Under the pieces are notes generated by a model, which searched no databases, was not told the DNA's origin, and saw nothing but the letters and a program-made list of their open reading frames with translations. A DNA stretch of 15,532 nt from Candidatus Micrarchaeia archaeon (GTDB taxonomy: Archaea; Micrarchaeota; Micrarchaeia; Anstonellales; J096): positions 1 to 15,532 of the forward strand of contig JBGQMY010000023.1 in assembly GCA_041500865.1 (NCBI GenBank). The letters run 5' to 3'. Positions 15,080 through 15,532 of this stretch are shown one piece after another (position 1 is the stretch's first letter; every line of letters starts with the position of its first letter). Position numbers and translations under genes: made by a program.

Positions 15080-15346
15080 GGCCAACATGGGCTGGAAGCC
15101 AATGGATTCGTCTGCAAGAAGGATGCCGCCCCCTAACATCGGGCCAAGGCGTCTTCACGCCCGGCAGCCCCATCAGGCGCGGGTCGCCTGTAAGCCCGCC
15201 AGGGCTGTACATCCGGCCTGTTGTGCAAATCAGGGCATCTGCCATGCCCTTTTCCTGATTTTCCTCAGCTCAACGCGCGCCATGCAGCCTTCTACGAGGA
15301 TGGCCCCGCCCAACGGCATGGCCAATGACGTTATGCTTCCTTCCCA

Positions 15347-15532
15347 TCATATCCAGCCCTTTTGGCTGTTTCCGCCCTCCTCCGTTTCCTTCCATTCTCC
15401 GCAGACGACATACGCGCTTCCGTTCTGCAGCGCCCTGCTGTTTTCAAGGTAATAGCTGAAGCCCTGGAACCCGGTGCCCCACAGGCTGTACGCTGCCGAC
15501 CGCTCCGCGCATTCCGCTTTCTGGCCCAATGA
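15347..15532 (-). CDS. 3' end of a hypothetical protein entering from outside the window
   Basis: The frame is open to the window edge (...SLGQKAECAERS...QKGWI*) and looks protein-like; no family recognised. Confidence 0.5.
   Translation of the reverse strand, partial: SLGQKAECAERSAAYSLWGTGFQGFSYYLENSRALQNGSAYVVCGEWKETEEGGNSQKGWI

Noticed and set aside
15185..15270. RNase P or SRP RNA (GAGGAAA and GGGCTTA on the minus strand)
   Set aside because: The motifs are only about 70 nt apart, lack P4 complementarity, and no SRP helix-8 motif was found.
1321..15349. Genome-wide TGA recoding (in-frame TGAs at 1321, 7198, 10634 and 15347)
   Set aside because: TGA terminates many genes at family-typical ends and in ATGA overlaps, and no conserved gene has an internal TGA within a domain.

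Overview
Archaeal DNA, probably DPANN/Micrarchaeota-like. This is inferred from TATA boxes about 30 nt upstream of leaderless starts, GGTGA ribosome sites, an XPD helicase, a geranylgeranyl reductase-like gene, an archaeal coiled-coil protein and a class III signal peptide. A housekeeping block (coiled-coil gene facing a minus-strand run of ABC permease, ATPase, AAA-associated domain, XPD, MFS transporter and GGR) is flanked on both sides by five minus-strand ankyrin-repeat genes. A RelBE-type toxin-antitoxin pair lies between ankyrin genes 4 and 5, and a large beta-helix surface glycoprotein and a pilin-like gene follow. The ankyrin family is the most notable feature. Each gene starts at the end of the same 34-35 bp element (consensus ATTTTWAWTCCCTTTGC..CAYAATA.RG..ATG). 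The proteins have N-cap, 99-bp repeat modules and C-cap, with variation concentrated at binding positions, and every visible 3' end carries an F-x3-F-x-(E)-C tail. Elements abut the stop codons of such tails, an orphan tail and a mosaic gene are present, and a 14-bp direct repeat brackets the ank4-relBE-ank5 block. Together these suggest a shuffled, cassette-like repertoire of natural DARPin-like binders. The mechanism is inference, and no recombinase is encoded in the window.
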